Shown here piece after piece: positions 44,626 through 54,133 of a DNA stretch of 64,000 nt. A program made the translations under genes and the position numbers. The stretch's first letter is position 1; each line of letters begins with the position of its first letter. Source of the DNA: Candidatus Multivoradales bacterium (lineage in GTDB: Bacteria; Acidobacteriota; Thermoanaerobaculia; Multivoradales; JAHEKO01); contig CBDCVR010000013.1 in assembly GCA_965223155.1 (NCBI GenBank), positions 640,001-704,000 on the forward strand, given 5' to 3'. The notes under the pieces are model-generated. The model saw nothing but the letters and a program-made list of their open reading frames with translations, was not told the DNA's origin and ran no database searches.

Positions 44626-45593
44626 TCGAGCGCGCCTCCCCGGTAGGCCGCTTCCAGCTCGACCGCCAGCTCGGTGGTCTCGCCCGCCACTCGCGCCTCG
44701 AGTTCCTGGCGGCATTCGACGCTCAGCCAGGGCACGACGTTCAAGTTGCCGGCGGCAACCAGCTCGGCCACGTCGGTGCTCTCACCGTCCACCCAGCGAG
44801 CCGCCCGGAAAAAACCCAGCGCCTCGTCCTCGGATCCTCCGGTGGCGAACAGCAACGCGCCGACCCGATGGAGGGCGCCCGCCAGCTCGCGGTTGCGGTC
44901 CCGGCGCCGTCCGCCGGGCAGAGCCGGCCGATCGGGCAGGGACGCAAGCCCGAACTCCGCCGCGATCCGGCCGAAATCGGCCAAGAGCGGCGGCTCCCGG
45001 TGGAAGACCTCCTGGTAACCGGCCCGATCGGAGAGTTCGGCCAGCTCGCGCCGCTCCGCCGCCGTCAGCTCGGGCGCCACCGGCAGAACCGCCACGACCT
45101 CAGCCCGCGCCAGCGCTTCGAGCCCTCGTCGGAGGACCTCCTCGCGACCCGTTAGGCCCGGCACCAGGGGCCACACGGCCGCAAGCCCGGGCTCGGCCGC
45201 CGCCAGCCGGCCGGCGTCGAACGGCAGAAGCGCCGGCGTCAGGTCCAGGACCGCGATCCCGGCTCCGGCGGGAACTTCCTCGCCCACCAGGAACTGCACG
45301 AGCGGCGGCACGCCACGCTCCGCCAGCGACGCCCGCAGCTCCTGGCGCCACCAACTCCGTACCGCCGGCACCGGCGGCAAGTAGACGATGTCGTCCAGCT
45401 CCGAGTCCAACTCCGCGGCCGTGGGCGCGGCCCTCGGGAAGGAATCGTCGGGGGCCTGCAACGCGGCGCCGGCCAGCCGTCCCCGCGCCAGATCCAGCCA
45501 GCGGCCCGGCGGCCCCGGCCAGGTGCGGGGCGCGTGGCCGATCCAGGCGCGAAAAAGCTCCGGGAAGACGGGATCGAAGCGCGGCGCCTGCAC
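44622..45593 (-). CDS. hypothetical protein: degenerate radical-SAM-like barrel segment + PolX-type helix-hairpin-helix C-terminus
   Basis: WPLVPGLTG...LEALARAE; C-terminal NRELAGALHRVGALL...FFRAARWVD...DVAELVAAGNLNVVPWL. Confidence 0.6.
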   Translation of the reverse strand: MQAPRFDPVFPELFRAWIGHAPRTWPGPPGRWLDLARGRLAGAALQAPDDSFPRAAPTAAELDSELDDIVYLPPVPAVRSWWRQELRASLAERGVPPLVQFLVGEEVPAGAGIAVLDLTPALLPFDAGRLAAAEPGLAAVWPLVPGLTGREEVLRRGLEALARAEVVAVLPVAPELTAAERRELAELSDRAGYQEVFHREPPLLADFGRIAAEFGLASLPDRPALPGGRRRDRNRELAGALHRVGALLFATGGSEDEALGFFRAARWVDGESTDVAELVAAGNLNVVPWLSVECRQELEARVAGETTELAVELEAAYRGGALE

Positions 45594-45700
45594 GGCCCAA
45601 GTCTATCTCGCCCGAACCGCCGGCAACACCGGCCCAGACTTCCCGGACTGACGCCGCGCGACGCCCAGGCGGGCCGCTCGCAGGTCGACCGGTGCCAGGC

Positions 45701-45774
45701 CCCGTGCCAGCCAGTGCCAGCCAATGCCGCGCCAGGGCCGGGCCAGCGCCGGGTCAGCGCCGGGTCAGCGCCAC
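45701..45774 (+). repeat. 10/11-bp tandem repeats in a divergent promoter region
   Basis: CCCGTGCCAG CCAGTGCCAG CCAATGCCGC then GCCAGGGCCGG GCCAGCGCCGG GTCAGCGCCGG GTCAGCGCCAC. Confidence 0.7.
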
Positions 45775-45808
45775 GCGCCCACGATAAGCTCCCGGCCGGA
45801 GGCAACCG

Positions 45809-46405
45809 ATGGACCGAACCGCAGCGCTGGAGCTCATGCAATCCAAGGTCGAGGCCGAGGGCCTGCGCCGGCACATGCTGGCGGTCGAAGCGGCCATGGG
45901 CTTCTACGCGGCCAAGCTGGACGAGGAGATCGAGCCGTGGCAACTGGCCGGTCTGCTTCACGACTTCGACTGGGAGATGCATCCCACGCTCGAAGCGCAC
46001 CCCGCCGAGGGCGCGCCCATCTTGCGCGAGGCCGGCTGCCCTGAGTCCGTGGTCCAGGCCATCCTCTCCCACAACACCGTGGGGACCGGCGTCGAGCGCA
46101 CCCGGCCGATCGATTTCGCTCTCCTGGCCTGCGACGAAGTCACCGGCCTGGTCATCGCCTCGACCCTGGTGCGGCCCTCCAAGGACGTTCGGGACGTCAA
46201 GCTCAAGTCCCTGCGCAAGCGCTGGAAGGAAAAGGCGTTCGCCCGCGGCGTCAACCGCGAGGAAGTCGAGCACGCCACCGCGGACTTCTCGCGCGAGTGC
46301 TTCGACGGCAAGCTCGAGCTCTGGGAGCACGTCCAGAACGTGCTCGAGGCGATGCAAGGAAGCGCCGCCGAATTGGGTCTCGACGGCCGTCTGGCCGCCT
46401 CCTGA
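45809..46405 (+). CDS. HD-domain (HDIG-like) metal-dependent phosphohydrolase
   Basis: RRHMLAVEAAM, GLLHDFD, AILSH, DEVTG, FARGVNRE. Confidence 0.9.
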   Translation: MDRTAALELMQSKVEAEGLRRHMLAVEAAMGFYAAKLDEEIEPWQLAGLLHDFDWEMHPTLEAHPAEGAPILREAGCPESVVQAILSHNTVGTGVERTRPIDFALLACDEVTGLVIASTLVRPSKDVRDVKLKSLRKRWKEKAFARGVNREEVEHATADFSRECFDGKLELWEHVQNVLEAMQGSAAELGLDGRLAAS

Positions 46406-46418
46406 GCCATCGCACTTC

Positions 46419-47876
46419 ATGACGGCGACGACCACGCGGCGCTTGGCGCACTCGACCGGCGCGGCCACCTTCTCCCAGGCCTGGCGCATGGGGGTGACCT
46501 TTCTCACCACCCTGGTCCTGACGCGGCTGGTCTCCCCGGGCGACTGGGGTCTCTACGACTGGGCGATCGTCGTCTTCATGGTTCTGGGAGCGGTACGCGA
46601 CCTGGGCCTCGGGTACCACATCATCCGGCTCAAACCACGACCGTACGGCAATCTGCTCCTGGTCGAGCTGGCCTGGGGCGCGGCCCTGGCCATCCTGGCC
46701 TTCGTCTGCGCCGACTGGATCGCGCTCGCCTTCCGCCGCGCCGACGCCAACCTGGTGCCGGTGCTGCGGGCCCTGTGCGCATATCTCTTTCTCGAGGGCC
46801 TGGCGACGGTGCCCCGCATCTTCTTCGACGCCGAGCTGCGGGTTGGCCGCACCGTCCTCCCCGAGGTCGTCCGCAACCTGCTCTTTGCCGGCACGGCCTT
46901 GGTGCTGGCGATTCTGGGCTACGGCGTCTGGAGCATGACCCTCGGCCTCATCGTCGGCACCGCGTACTACGCGATCCATCTCTGGGTCCGAGCCTGGCCG
47001 GTGATGGAGCTCAACTTCGAGCGCGGCGCCACCCTCGCGCTCATTCGTCCCAGCCTGCCCCTGGCGGCGATCTGGCTGCTTGCCATCCTGGCCCGCCACG
47101 TGGATCCGCTGCTCCTGGCCCGGGTCTTTACCGAAGACACGGTCGGCCAGTACACCCGCGCCTACTTCTTCGCCTTCCTGGTCATGATCACCCTGGTCCC
47201 GGCCGTCACCCGCGTGCTTTACCCGGCTCTGGTCGAGTACGAAACGCAACCCAAGAAGCTGTCCGAAGCCTACCGGCTGGCCACGGTCCTGGTCCTGACC
47301 TTCGAGGTCCCGCTGGCGGCCTTTCTCTTTCTCAATCCGAGGACGTTTTTCTCCATTTTCGGCAGCGAGTGGATCGCGGGACCGGCGCCGCTCTTCCTGA
47401 GAGTGCTGGCCCTGACGCCACTGGCCGATCCCTTCAGCCGGCTGGGCGGCGAGATCCTCAAGGTCTACCACCGAGACCGGATCTGGATCGCCTCGCTCCT
47501 GGTAACGGTTCTGACCTTCGCCGGCGCGGGCTTCCTGCTCATCCGCTCGATGGGCGCGGTAGGCATGGCCTGGGCCAACTACCTGCCCCTGGGCGGACTC
47601 ATCATGGCCTGGGGCATCTCCAAGATCGCTCCCGGGCCGTTCTGGCGGCTGGTGCGGGACATCGTCTGGATCTACCTCGTGCCGGTCCTGCCGTTCGGCG
47701 CCGTCTATCTCACGACTCAGGACAGTCCCTGGTGGCGCTTCGGCCTCTCGATCCTCGCCGTTCTCGTCTGTTGCGGAATCTACTGGTGGCGCTTCGGCGC
47801 GGCGTTCCTCGAGTTCTTCCGCCACCCGGCCGAAGCCGCTGCCGAGGTGCCGGCCGAGCCCATTGCCGGCCCTTGA
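46419..47876 (+). CDS. oligosaccharide flippase (Wzx/MOP family)
   Basis: LTRLVSPGDWGLY, DLGLG, VGQYTRA, RVLYPAL; many TM segments. Confidence 0.87.
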   Translation: MTATTTRRLAHSTGAATFSQAWRMGVTFLTTLVLTRLVSPGDWGLYDWAIVVFMVLGAVRDLGLGYHIIRLKPRPYGNLLLVELAWGAALAILAFVCADWIALAFRRADANLVPVLRALCAYLFLEGLATVPRIFFDAELRVGRTVLPEVVRNLLFAGTALVLAILGYGVWSMTLGLIVGTAYYAIHLWVRAWPVMELNFERGATLALIRPSLPLAAIWLLAILARHVDPLLLARVFTEDTVGQYTRAYFFAFLVMITLVPAVTRVLYPALVEYETQPKKLSEAYRLATVLVLTFEVPLAAFLFLNPRTFFSIFGSEWIAGPAPLFLRVLALTPLADPFSRLGGEILKVYHRDRIWIASLLVTVLTFAGAGFLLIRSMGAVGMAWANYLPLGGLIMAWGISKIAPGPFWRLVRDIVWIYLVPVLPFGAVYLTTQDSPWWRFGLSILAVLVCCGIYWWRFGAAFLEFFRHPAEAAAEVPAEPIAGP

Positions 47877-48006
47877 CGCCCGCTGCCCTTGAAGGCGCGG
47901 CCGGATGGACTAAACTGGAATTCTCCGGCGCCGGGCCACTCGACTCGCTCCGCCCCTCTCCAGGCGCCGACTCCGAGTTCCCCGCGACGACCCGCACCGA
48001 TCACCG

Positions 48007-50079
48007 ATGACCGACTACGTCTGGCAACCTCCGCAAGAGTTGATCGACGGCGCCAACGTAACGCGCCTCATGAAGGCCCACCGCCTGCGGTACTTCGACT
48101 CCCTGTATCGCAAGTCGATCGAGGACCCGGCCTGGTTCTGGAAGGCGGTGGTCGAGGATCTCGACATCCGCTTCGAGACGCCGTTTCACGCGGTCTTCGA
48201 CGCCCGGCGCGGGCTCCCCTGGACCGAGTGGTTCGTGGGTGGGAAGCTCAACATCACCGCCAACTGCATCGACCGGCATCGGGAGGGGCCTGCCGCCGAC
48301 CGGACGGCACTCATCGCCGAGCACGAAGACAGCTCCTTTCGCACCTACACCTACGCCGAGCTGGCGGCCGCGGTCGATCGCTGCGCCACCGCGCTCAAAG
48401 TCGCCAAGGTTCGGCCCGGCGACCGGGTCGGCGCGCTCATGCCGATGACCGCCGAGGTCGTGATCCAGATGTTCGCGACCTTGAAGATCGGCGCTATCTT
48501 CATTCCCATCTTCAGCGGCTTCGCGGCACCCGCCGTCGCCGAGCGCTTGAAGGACGGCGGCGTCAAGCTGCTCTTCACCGCCGAGGCCTCCGGCCGCCGC
48601 GGCCGCCCGCTGCCGCTCCGGCCCACCTTCGAGGAGCTGGCCAAGACCGTGCCCTCGCTCGACACCATCGTCGTCCTGGGCCGGGGCGAGCCGCCGCCGC
48701 TGGCGCGGCTCAAGAACGAGATCCCCTGGTCGAGCTTCCTGGCCGACGCCGAGAAGGCCGAAGAGCCGGCCAAGACCGTGCCCGTGCCGTCCATGGACCC
48801 GGCGATCATCCTCTACACCTCGGGCACGACCGGCCGGCCCAAGGGCACCGTCCACAGCCACGCCGGCAGCCTCGTCCAGATCGCCAAGGAGGTCGCTTAC
48901 GCCTTCGACGTCAAGCCCGAGGACCGGTTCTTCTGGCTGAGCGACATCGGCTGGATGATGGGGCCCTGGGAGCTCATCGGTGGCCTCTTCCAAGGCGCGA
49001 CCGTGGCTATCTACGAAGGCGCCATCGACTGGCCGCGCCCGGACCGCCTGGGCGCGTTCTTCGCCCGGCACCGGATCTCGGTGGCCGGCATCTCGCCCAC
49101 CGCGGCCCGGCTGTTGCGCAAGTCCGGCGACGATCTCCTCGACGGCCACGATCTCTCGAGCCTCAGGATCCTGGGCTCGACCGGCGAGCCTTGGGACGAG
49201 GAGTCCTGGACTTGGTACTTCGAGCGCGTCGGCGGCAAACGCTGCCCGATCATGAACATCTCGGGCGGCACCGACATTATCGGCTGCTTTCTGTCGCCGC
49301 TGCCGCTGCACTCGCTCAAGCCGTGCTCGCTGGGCGGCCCGGCCCTGGGCATGGCCGTGGACGTGTGGTCGGAAAAGGGACAACCGGTGCGCGGCGAGCT
49401 CGGATATCTCGTCTGCACTCAGCCCGCACCCTCCATGACCCGGGGCCTGTGGAACGACGCCAAGCGCTACCTCGACACCTACTGGCGGCGCTGGCGTGGC
49501 GTCTGGGACCAGGGCGACTGGGCGATCGTGGACGAAGACGGATCCTGGTTCCTGTACGGTCGTGCCGACGACACGTTGAACGTCGCCGGCAAGCGCGTCG
49601 GACCGGCCGAAGTCGAAGGCGCCCTGATCGACTCCGGCAAGGTCGTCGAAGCCGCCGCCATCGGCGTCCCCGACGAGCTCAAGGGCGAGGCGATCGTGGC
49701 CTTCGCGGTGCCGGTCTCGGACGTCGAGGCCGACCCGGAGCTCGAGCGCCAGCTCATCGCCGGCTGCGCCGACAAGCTGGGCAAGCACTGCCGGCCCAAG
49801 GCGATCCTCTTCGTGCCCGATCTACCCAAGACGCGGAGCGCCAAGATCGTGCGCCGGATCGTGCGCGCCAAGTACTTGGGCGAAGAGGACCTGGGCGACC
49901 TCACCTCGCTCCAGAACCCCGAGGCCATCGAAGCCATCGGAGCGGCCCTCGAGGGCGCGGTCGGCAACGGCCGAGCCGGCGAGCCCGGTCCGCCCCCGGA
50001 CGAAGTACCCGGCGCGGAACTGGAAGATCCCCAGAGCCCCCAATCCTCGCCGGATCGAGCCGGCACCTCGCCAACCTAG
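48007..50079 (+). CDS. acetate--CoA ligase-like AMP-forming acyl-CoA synthetase
   Basis: WFVGGKLN, YTSGTTGRPKG, STGEP, GRADD, PKTRSAKIVRR. Confidence 0.92.
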   Translation: MTDYVWQPPQELIDGANVTRLMKAHRLRYFDSLYRKSIEDPAWFWKAVVEDLDIRFETPFHAVFDARRGLPWTEWFVGGKLNITANCIDRHREGPAADRTALIAEHEDSSFRTYTYAELAAAVDRCATALKVAKVRPGDRVGALMPMTAEVVIQMFATLKIGAIFIPIFSGFAAPAVAERLKDGGVKLLFTAEASGRRGRPLPLRPTFEELAKTVPSLDTIVVLGRGEPPPLARLKNEIPWSSFLADAEKAEEPAKTVPVPSMDPAIILYTSGTTGRPKGTVHSHAGSLVQIAKEVAYAFDVKPEDRFFWLSDIGWMMGPWELIGGLFQGATVAIYEGAIDWPRPDRLGAFFARHRISVAGISPTAARLLRKSGDDLLDGHDLSSLRILGSTGEPWDEESWTWYFERVGGKRCPIMNISGGTDIIGCFLSPLPLHSLKPCSLGGPALGMAVDVWSEKGQPVRGELGYLVCTQPAPSMTRGLWNDAKRYLDTYWRRWRGVWDQGDWAIVDEDGSWFLYGRADDTLNVAGKRVGPAEVEGALIDSGKVVEAAAIGVPDELKGEAIVAFAVPVSDVEADPELERQLIAGCADKLGKHCRPKAILFVPDLPKTRSAKIVRRIVRAKYLGEEDLGDLTSLQNPEAIEAIGAALEGAVGNGRAGEPGPPPDEVPGAELEDPQSPQSSPDRAGTSPT

Positions 50080-50143
50080 GCCGGTCTTCTCGCCGCGGCT
50101 CGATCCAGCGGCCGCAAGAGGCCAACAAGACCGTCGGAGCCGC

Positions 50144-50392
50144 CTAGCCGCCGGCGCGCTCGGCCAGGCGCTCGACCCCGGCTTCGGTCAGGAAGTAGAA
50201 GTTGCCGGACTCGCTGGCCTTGAGAAGTCCCGCCTCGACCAGAGCGTCCAGGCCCGGCTCCAGGTCGGAATCCCCCGCGTCATAGAGGATCGCCTCCTTG
50301 CGCAGGACGTAGCCTTTGCGCGGTCCGCCGGCCATCCGGCATTTTTCGTAGTAGCGATCCAGAATGATGTCTTCGGCGGTGCCTTGGGCCAC
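50144..50392 (-). CDS. small hypothetical protein, winged-helix-like
   Basis: GGAGG RBS, TACAAT upstream; LDALVEAGLL...YFLTEAG wing pattern. Confidence 0.7.
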   Translation of the reverse strand: MAQGTAEDIILDRYYEKCRMAGGPRKGYVLRKEAILYDAGDSDLEPGLDALVEAGLLKASESGNFYFLTEAGVERLAERAGG

Positions 50393-50589
50393 AGAGTTCC
50401 TCCCCCAGCGTTCGGTGAGGCGTCATTGTACTCCGCCCGCCCGGCGCGACGCGTGCCGCCGGCTGCCACCGGCCCCTGGGCGCCCGCTCCGGCGGCCGCG
50501 CGACGCTAGGCGCCAAACACGTGAGACGTTCGTAAGGTTGCGTTCCCCCGGCACCCAAGTAGGCTTGGGAGGCGGGCTCCCCGCGGCGG

Positions 50590-50666
50590 TTCCGTCCTGA
50601 TTCGGACTGGGTCCGGTCTTGATCCGGGTCTGAACAGACCTTGATCCGGTCTTGATCCGATCTGGG
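50590..50666 (+). repeat. seven 11-bp tandem repeats (consensus TCCGGTCTTGA)
   Basis: TTCCGTCCTGA TTCGGACTGGG TCCGGTCTTGA TCCGGGTCTGA ACAGACCTTGA TCCGGTCTTGA TCCGATCTGGG. Confidence 0.8.
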
Positions 50667-50699
50667 GGGCCGGTCCCGAGTTTGCACGGAATTCTCCCC

Positions 50700-52226
50700 A
50701 TGACGGCTACTTACGCTCCTCGAAGCTTTCGCTCCGGCAAACGGATCGGCGCAGTGCCCGTCTTGATCGGAACGTTCCTCGCGCTCCTGGCCCTCGCGCT
50801 TCCGGCCGCATCCCAGGCCATGACCGGCGGCCTGCTCCGCGTGCATCCCGACAATCCCCGGTACCTGACCAACAAGAGCGGCAAGGCGATTCTTCTGGTC
50901 GGTCCGCACACCTGGCACGTCTTTCAGGACTACGACGACGAGCGGGCCTCGGTCGAGTTCGACTACGACGCCTGGCTCGACGAGCTGCGCCGCGAGAAGT
51001 TCAACTTCTTCCGCGGCTGGACCTGGGAGGACGGCTACTACTCGCCCATCGCATTCCGGCGCGTCACCGTCCAGGGACGCCGCGTCTACGCGCTCGACCG
51101 CTGGAACGCGGCCTACTTCCAGCGCATTCGCAACCGCGTCGAACAGGCCGGCAGGCGCGGCCTCTACACCAGCGTCATGCTCTTTCAGGGTTGGAGCGTA
51201 GACAACCGCAAGGGCTTGCGGCGGCCCGACCCCTGGCTGGTCCACCCGTTCAATCCGTCAAACAACTCCGACCGGAGGGCCGTGCCAGTGCATCGCGGAA
51301 CCGAGCTCGACCCGGTCCACGACGAGTACCTCCAGCGCATGGTTGCGGCGCTTTGGGACTTGGACAACTTCATTTGGGAGGTGGGCAACGAGCTCGACTC
51401 CCGCTCCGCCCCCTGGAAGCGTCAGGTGATTCAGCGCGTGAGCGAGCTCGAAGACGCGATGAGCCTCGAAGCCGGCCTGCCCGCCAACGCCCCCCGCCGC
51501 CATCTCATCTGGGCGAGCTGCATCGGGCGCAAGATCCCGATGCCCGCCTACGGCGCCGACATCATCTCGCCTTGCAACGTTGACGGCTACGGCCCCACGC
51601 CGGCCCGGGCCTGCACCTCGATCCGGCGGCGGTCCAACCCGCCGGCGGCAAGTGGCTCACCCGGCTCCCCGATCGTTATCAGCGACTCCGATCACTTGGA
51701 GCCGCTGGCGGTGGACCTGCACTGGGCCTGGCGGAGCTTCATCCGGGGTCTCCACCCGATCGTGCTTGTCGCGCCCGAGGGCCGCGACAGCCTGCCCTGG
51801 TTCCGCGGGCCCTGCAACATCGACCGGGGCCTCGAGAACCTCGAGGAGATCCGCGCCGCTCTGACCGTCATCCGGAGCGTCGCCAAGCGCTTCGATTTGG
51901 CCCGAGCGGTGCCGCAGGGCAAGGCCGCGGCCGGCAAGCGGAATCCCGTCTCCTCCACCGGCTTCGCCCTCTACACCTCCCGCAGCACCAAGACCTCGGC
52001 CAAACCCGACGGCCGGCAGTTCCTGGTGCTGCAACCGGCGACCGCGGGCGCCGCGGAGCCGGTCACCATCTGCGGCTTGAAGACCGGCCGCACCTATCGC
52101 GCTACCTGGCGGCGGCTCACCAACGGCTCGATCTTCGGCCAGGGGGACCGCTCCCGGGTCAAGAGCTGCGAGACCTACCGCGGCTCCTCGGCCGGCGGCA
52201 TCCTCGAGCTCAAGCTCAAGAACTGA
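50700..52226 (+). CDS. exported glycoside-hydrolase-like TIM-barrel protein (DUF4038/DUF6298-like)
   Basis: Signal peptide; LRVHPDNPRYL, YFQRIRNRVEQAGRRGLYTSVMLF, WEVGNE. Confidence 0.7.
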   Translation: MTATYAPRSFRSGKRIGAVPVLIGTFLALLALALPAASQAMTGGLLRVHPDNPRYLTNKSGKAILLVGPHTWHVFQDYDDERASVEFDYDAWLDELRREKFNFFRGWTWEDGYYSPIAFRRVTVQGRRVYALDRWNAAYFQRIRNRVEQAGRRGLYTSVMLFQGWSVDNRKGLRRPDPWLVHPFNPSNNSDRRAVPVHRGTELDPVHDEYLQRMVAALWDLDNFIWEVGNELDSRSAPWKRQVIQRVSELEDAMSLEAGLPANAPRRHLIWASCIGRKIPMPAYGADIISPCNVDGYGPTPARACTSIRRRSNPPAASGSPGSPIVISDSDHLEPLAVDLHWAWRSFIRGLHPIVLVAPEGRDSLPWFRGPCNIDRGLENLEEIRAALTVIRSVAKRFDLARAVPQGKAAAGKRNPVSSTGFALYTSRSTKTSAKPDGRQFLVLQPATAGAAEPVTICGLKTGRTYRATWRRLTNGSIFGQGDRSRVKSCETYRGSSAGGILELKLKN

Positions 52227-52299
52227 AGCCCAAGCTCGATCGACCCAGGCTCGGCCGAACCGACCCGAGGCCGAGGCCGTAGCAGGATTTCGAGCCCGC

Positions 52300-52548
52300 T
52301 CAGTCGAGCGGCAGCCGGCTGCGCCGGCGGATCAGCCAACCAATGCCGGCAACAGTGGCGATCGGCGCCGCCACCAAGACGTAGGTCCCGTTACGGAGTC
52401 CCCCGGCCAGCACCCGGCCGGCCTCGGAATCCAGGACACCCTTGCACAGCGGACACGCCGCCGCGGGCTCGGCGGTGAGAAGGGCGACCGCAAACCCCAG
52501 GGCGAACGCCGCGACGACGCCGCGCCCGACCGAACCCGACTCGCTCAC
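52300..52548 (-). CDS. small exported membrane protein with CxxC, last gene of the oxidase operon
   Basis: Signal peptide ending AAA, CPLC, C-terminal TM helix; GTGA overlap with subunit IV. Confidence 0.7.
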   Translation of the reverse strand: MSESGSVGRGVVAAFALGFAVALLTAEPAAACPLCKGVLDSEAGRVLAGGLRNGTYVLVAAPIATVAGIGWLIRRRSRLPLD

Positions 52549-52847
52549 AGCGAGCCGCCCAGCGTCATGGCCAGGATGCGCTTGGCGTCCGGAGCGATCA
52601 GGGCGAACAGAATCGCCCCGTTCACAAACAGTCCGAAGACCACCGCCATCTTGAGAACCATGCTCTCGTAGCGCAGGTGCATGAAATATCCGACGATCAG
52701 TGTCGCCTTCACCAGCATCGCCGCCAGCAGAACCAGGATCATGAGTCCGCGCGGACCCTCGACCTGGTCGAGGAAGATCATTCCCAGGGTCAGCGCCAGC
52801 AGCACCAACCAGATCTTCCAGTATCCCGCGTAGCTCGTGCCACTCAT
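52545..52847 (-). CDS. cytochrome c oxidase subunit IV
   Basis: WLVLLALT, KATLIVGYFMHLRYE. Confidence 0.88.
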   Translation of the reverse strand: MSGTSYAGYWKIWLVLLALTLGMIFLDQVEGPRGLMILVLLAAMLVKATLIVGYFMHLRYESMVLKMAVVFGLFVNGAILFALIAPDAKRILAMTLGGSL

Positions 52848-52857
52848 GAGGCCCCCC

Positions 52858-53469
52858 TTAGAGCAAGTAGAACAGCGTGAAAATGAACACCCAGACCAGA
52901 TCCACGAAGTGCCAGTACAGGCCCGCGATCTCGACGCCTCCGGCCCGGAGCGGATCCTTCCGCGTGTTGAGCGCGGTCACGACGAGCACGATGAGCCCGG
53001 TCAGAACATGGGTGCCGTGGAATCCCGTGATCAGGAAGAAATAGGCGCCGAACAGCGGCACGTTCCAGGGATTTTCGGTGAGCGACACGCCCTGGTGGAT
53101 GAGATGGCTCCACTCGTAGGCCTGCATGCAGAGAAACACCAGGCCGCCGAGGATCGTCAACCACAGGTACCGGCGGGTGGCGCCGCGGTCGCCCTCCTGA
53201 GCGGCCCGCACCGCGCTCGCCATGGTCGCGCTCGAGGTAATGAGCACGAAGGTCATGATGGCGATGAAGGTGAGATTGAAGACGTCGTCCTGGTTGGGCC
53301 AGGTCGCGCTCGAGAACTTGGAGAAGCCGTAGGACGCCAGAAAGCCGACGAACAGGAGACCGTCGGTCACGATGAAGATCCACATCATGACCTTGCGCCA
53401 GCCGGCGTCGAACGGGCAAACGCCGCCGCTCCAGTCCGCCGGCTTGCCGCTAAGACTTGCTTGGCTCAT
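52858..53469 (-). CDS. cytochrome c oxidase subunit III
   Basis: MWIFIVTD, FFLITGFHGTHV, GLYWHFVDLVWVFIF. Confidence 0.93.
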   Translation of the reverse strand: MSQASLSGKPADWSGGVCPFDAGWRKVMMWIFIVTDGLLFVGFLASYGFSKFSSATWPNQDDVFNLTFIAIMTFVLITSSATMASAVRAAQEGDRGATRRYLWLTILGGLVFLCMQAYEWSHLIHQGVSLTENPWNVPLFGAYFFLITGFHGTHVLTGLIVLVVTALNTRKDPLRAGGVEIAGLYWHFVDLVWVFIFTLFYLL

Positions 53470-53534
53470 CCGATCCCTCCTTCATTCGGCTTCTCCGTCA
53501 TCAGACTCCTCCGTGGCGCGTCTCGAGCATCGGC

Positions 53535-54125
53535 CTAGGCGGTCGCGAGCACCGCGAAAAGCACTACCCAGGCCAGCGCCAGGAAGTGCCAGTAGGCCGC
53601 GGACATCCGCAGCAGCCGGCGCGGCCGGCGTCCTTCCGGCGTTCGGGTCACGATCCGGAGCGTCCAGGCCAGAAGCACCAGACCTCCGGCGACATGGAGC
53701 GCGTGGGCTCCGGTCAGAATGTACAGAAAGGCCGGGTGCGGCCCGGAGCCGAGCGAGATGCCCTGGCTCGCAAGCTCGCGCCAGACGACCAACTGCCCGG
53801 CCACAAACGTCACGCCCAGCGCGAGCGTCACCGCCAGCCATCGCCACGCGACCGCGGACTCAGTCCTGCGAGAAAGCTCGAGGGTCGCGCTCGAGGCCAG
53901 GAGAAGCGCCGAGTTCCACCACAAGAGCGCTGGAAACTCCACCGCCGACCAGTCGGCCCCGGTGCGGCGCACCAGCAGAGCGCTGACGAAAGCCGCGAAC
54001 AGCATCCCCGCGGTGCCGAGAAAAAACCACAGCCCCAGCTCGTTCGGGTGGACCCCGTGCGAGAACCGCGACCGCACCGGGCTACCGGATACGGCGGACG
54101 CCGCGACGCTGGCCGGTTCGGTCAT
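53535..54125 (-). CDS. cytochrome c oxidase subunit III-like (second copy)
   Basis: GLWFFL, NSALLLASS, LTGAHALHV, YWHFL. Confidence 0.88.
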   Translation of the reverse strand: MTEPASVAASAVSGSPVRSRFSHGVHPNELGLWFFLGTAGMLFAAFVSALLVRRTGADWSAVEFPALLWWNSALLLASSATLELSRRTESAVAWRWLAVTLALGVTFVAGQLVVWRELASQGISLGSGPHPAFLYILTGAHALHVAGGLVLLAWTLRIVTRTPEGRRPRRLLRMSAAYWHFLALAWVVLFAVLATA

Positions 54126-54133
54126 CCAGGACC

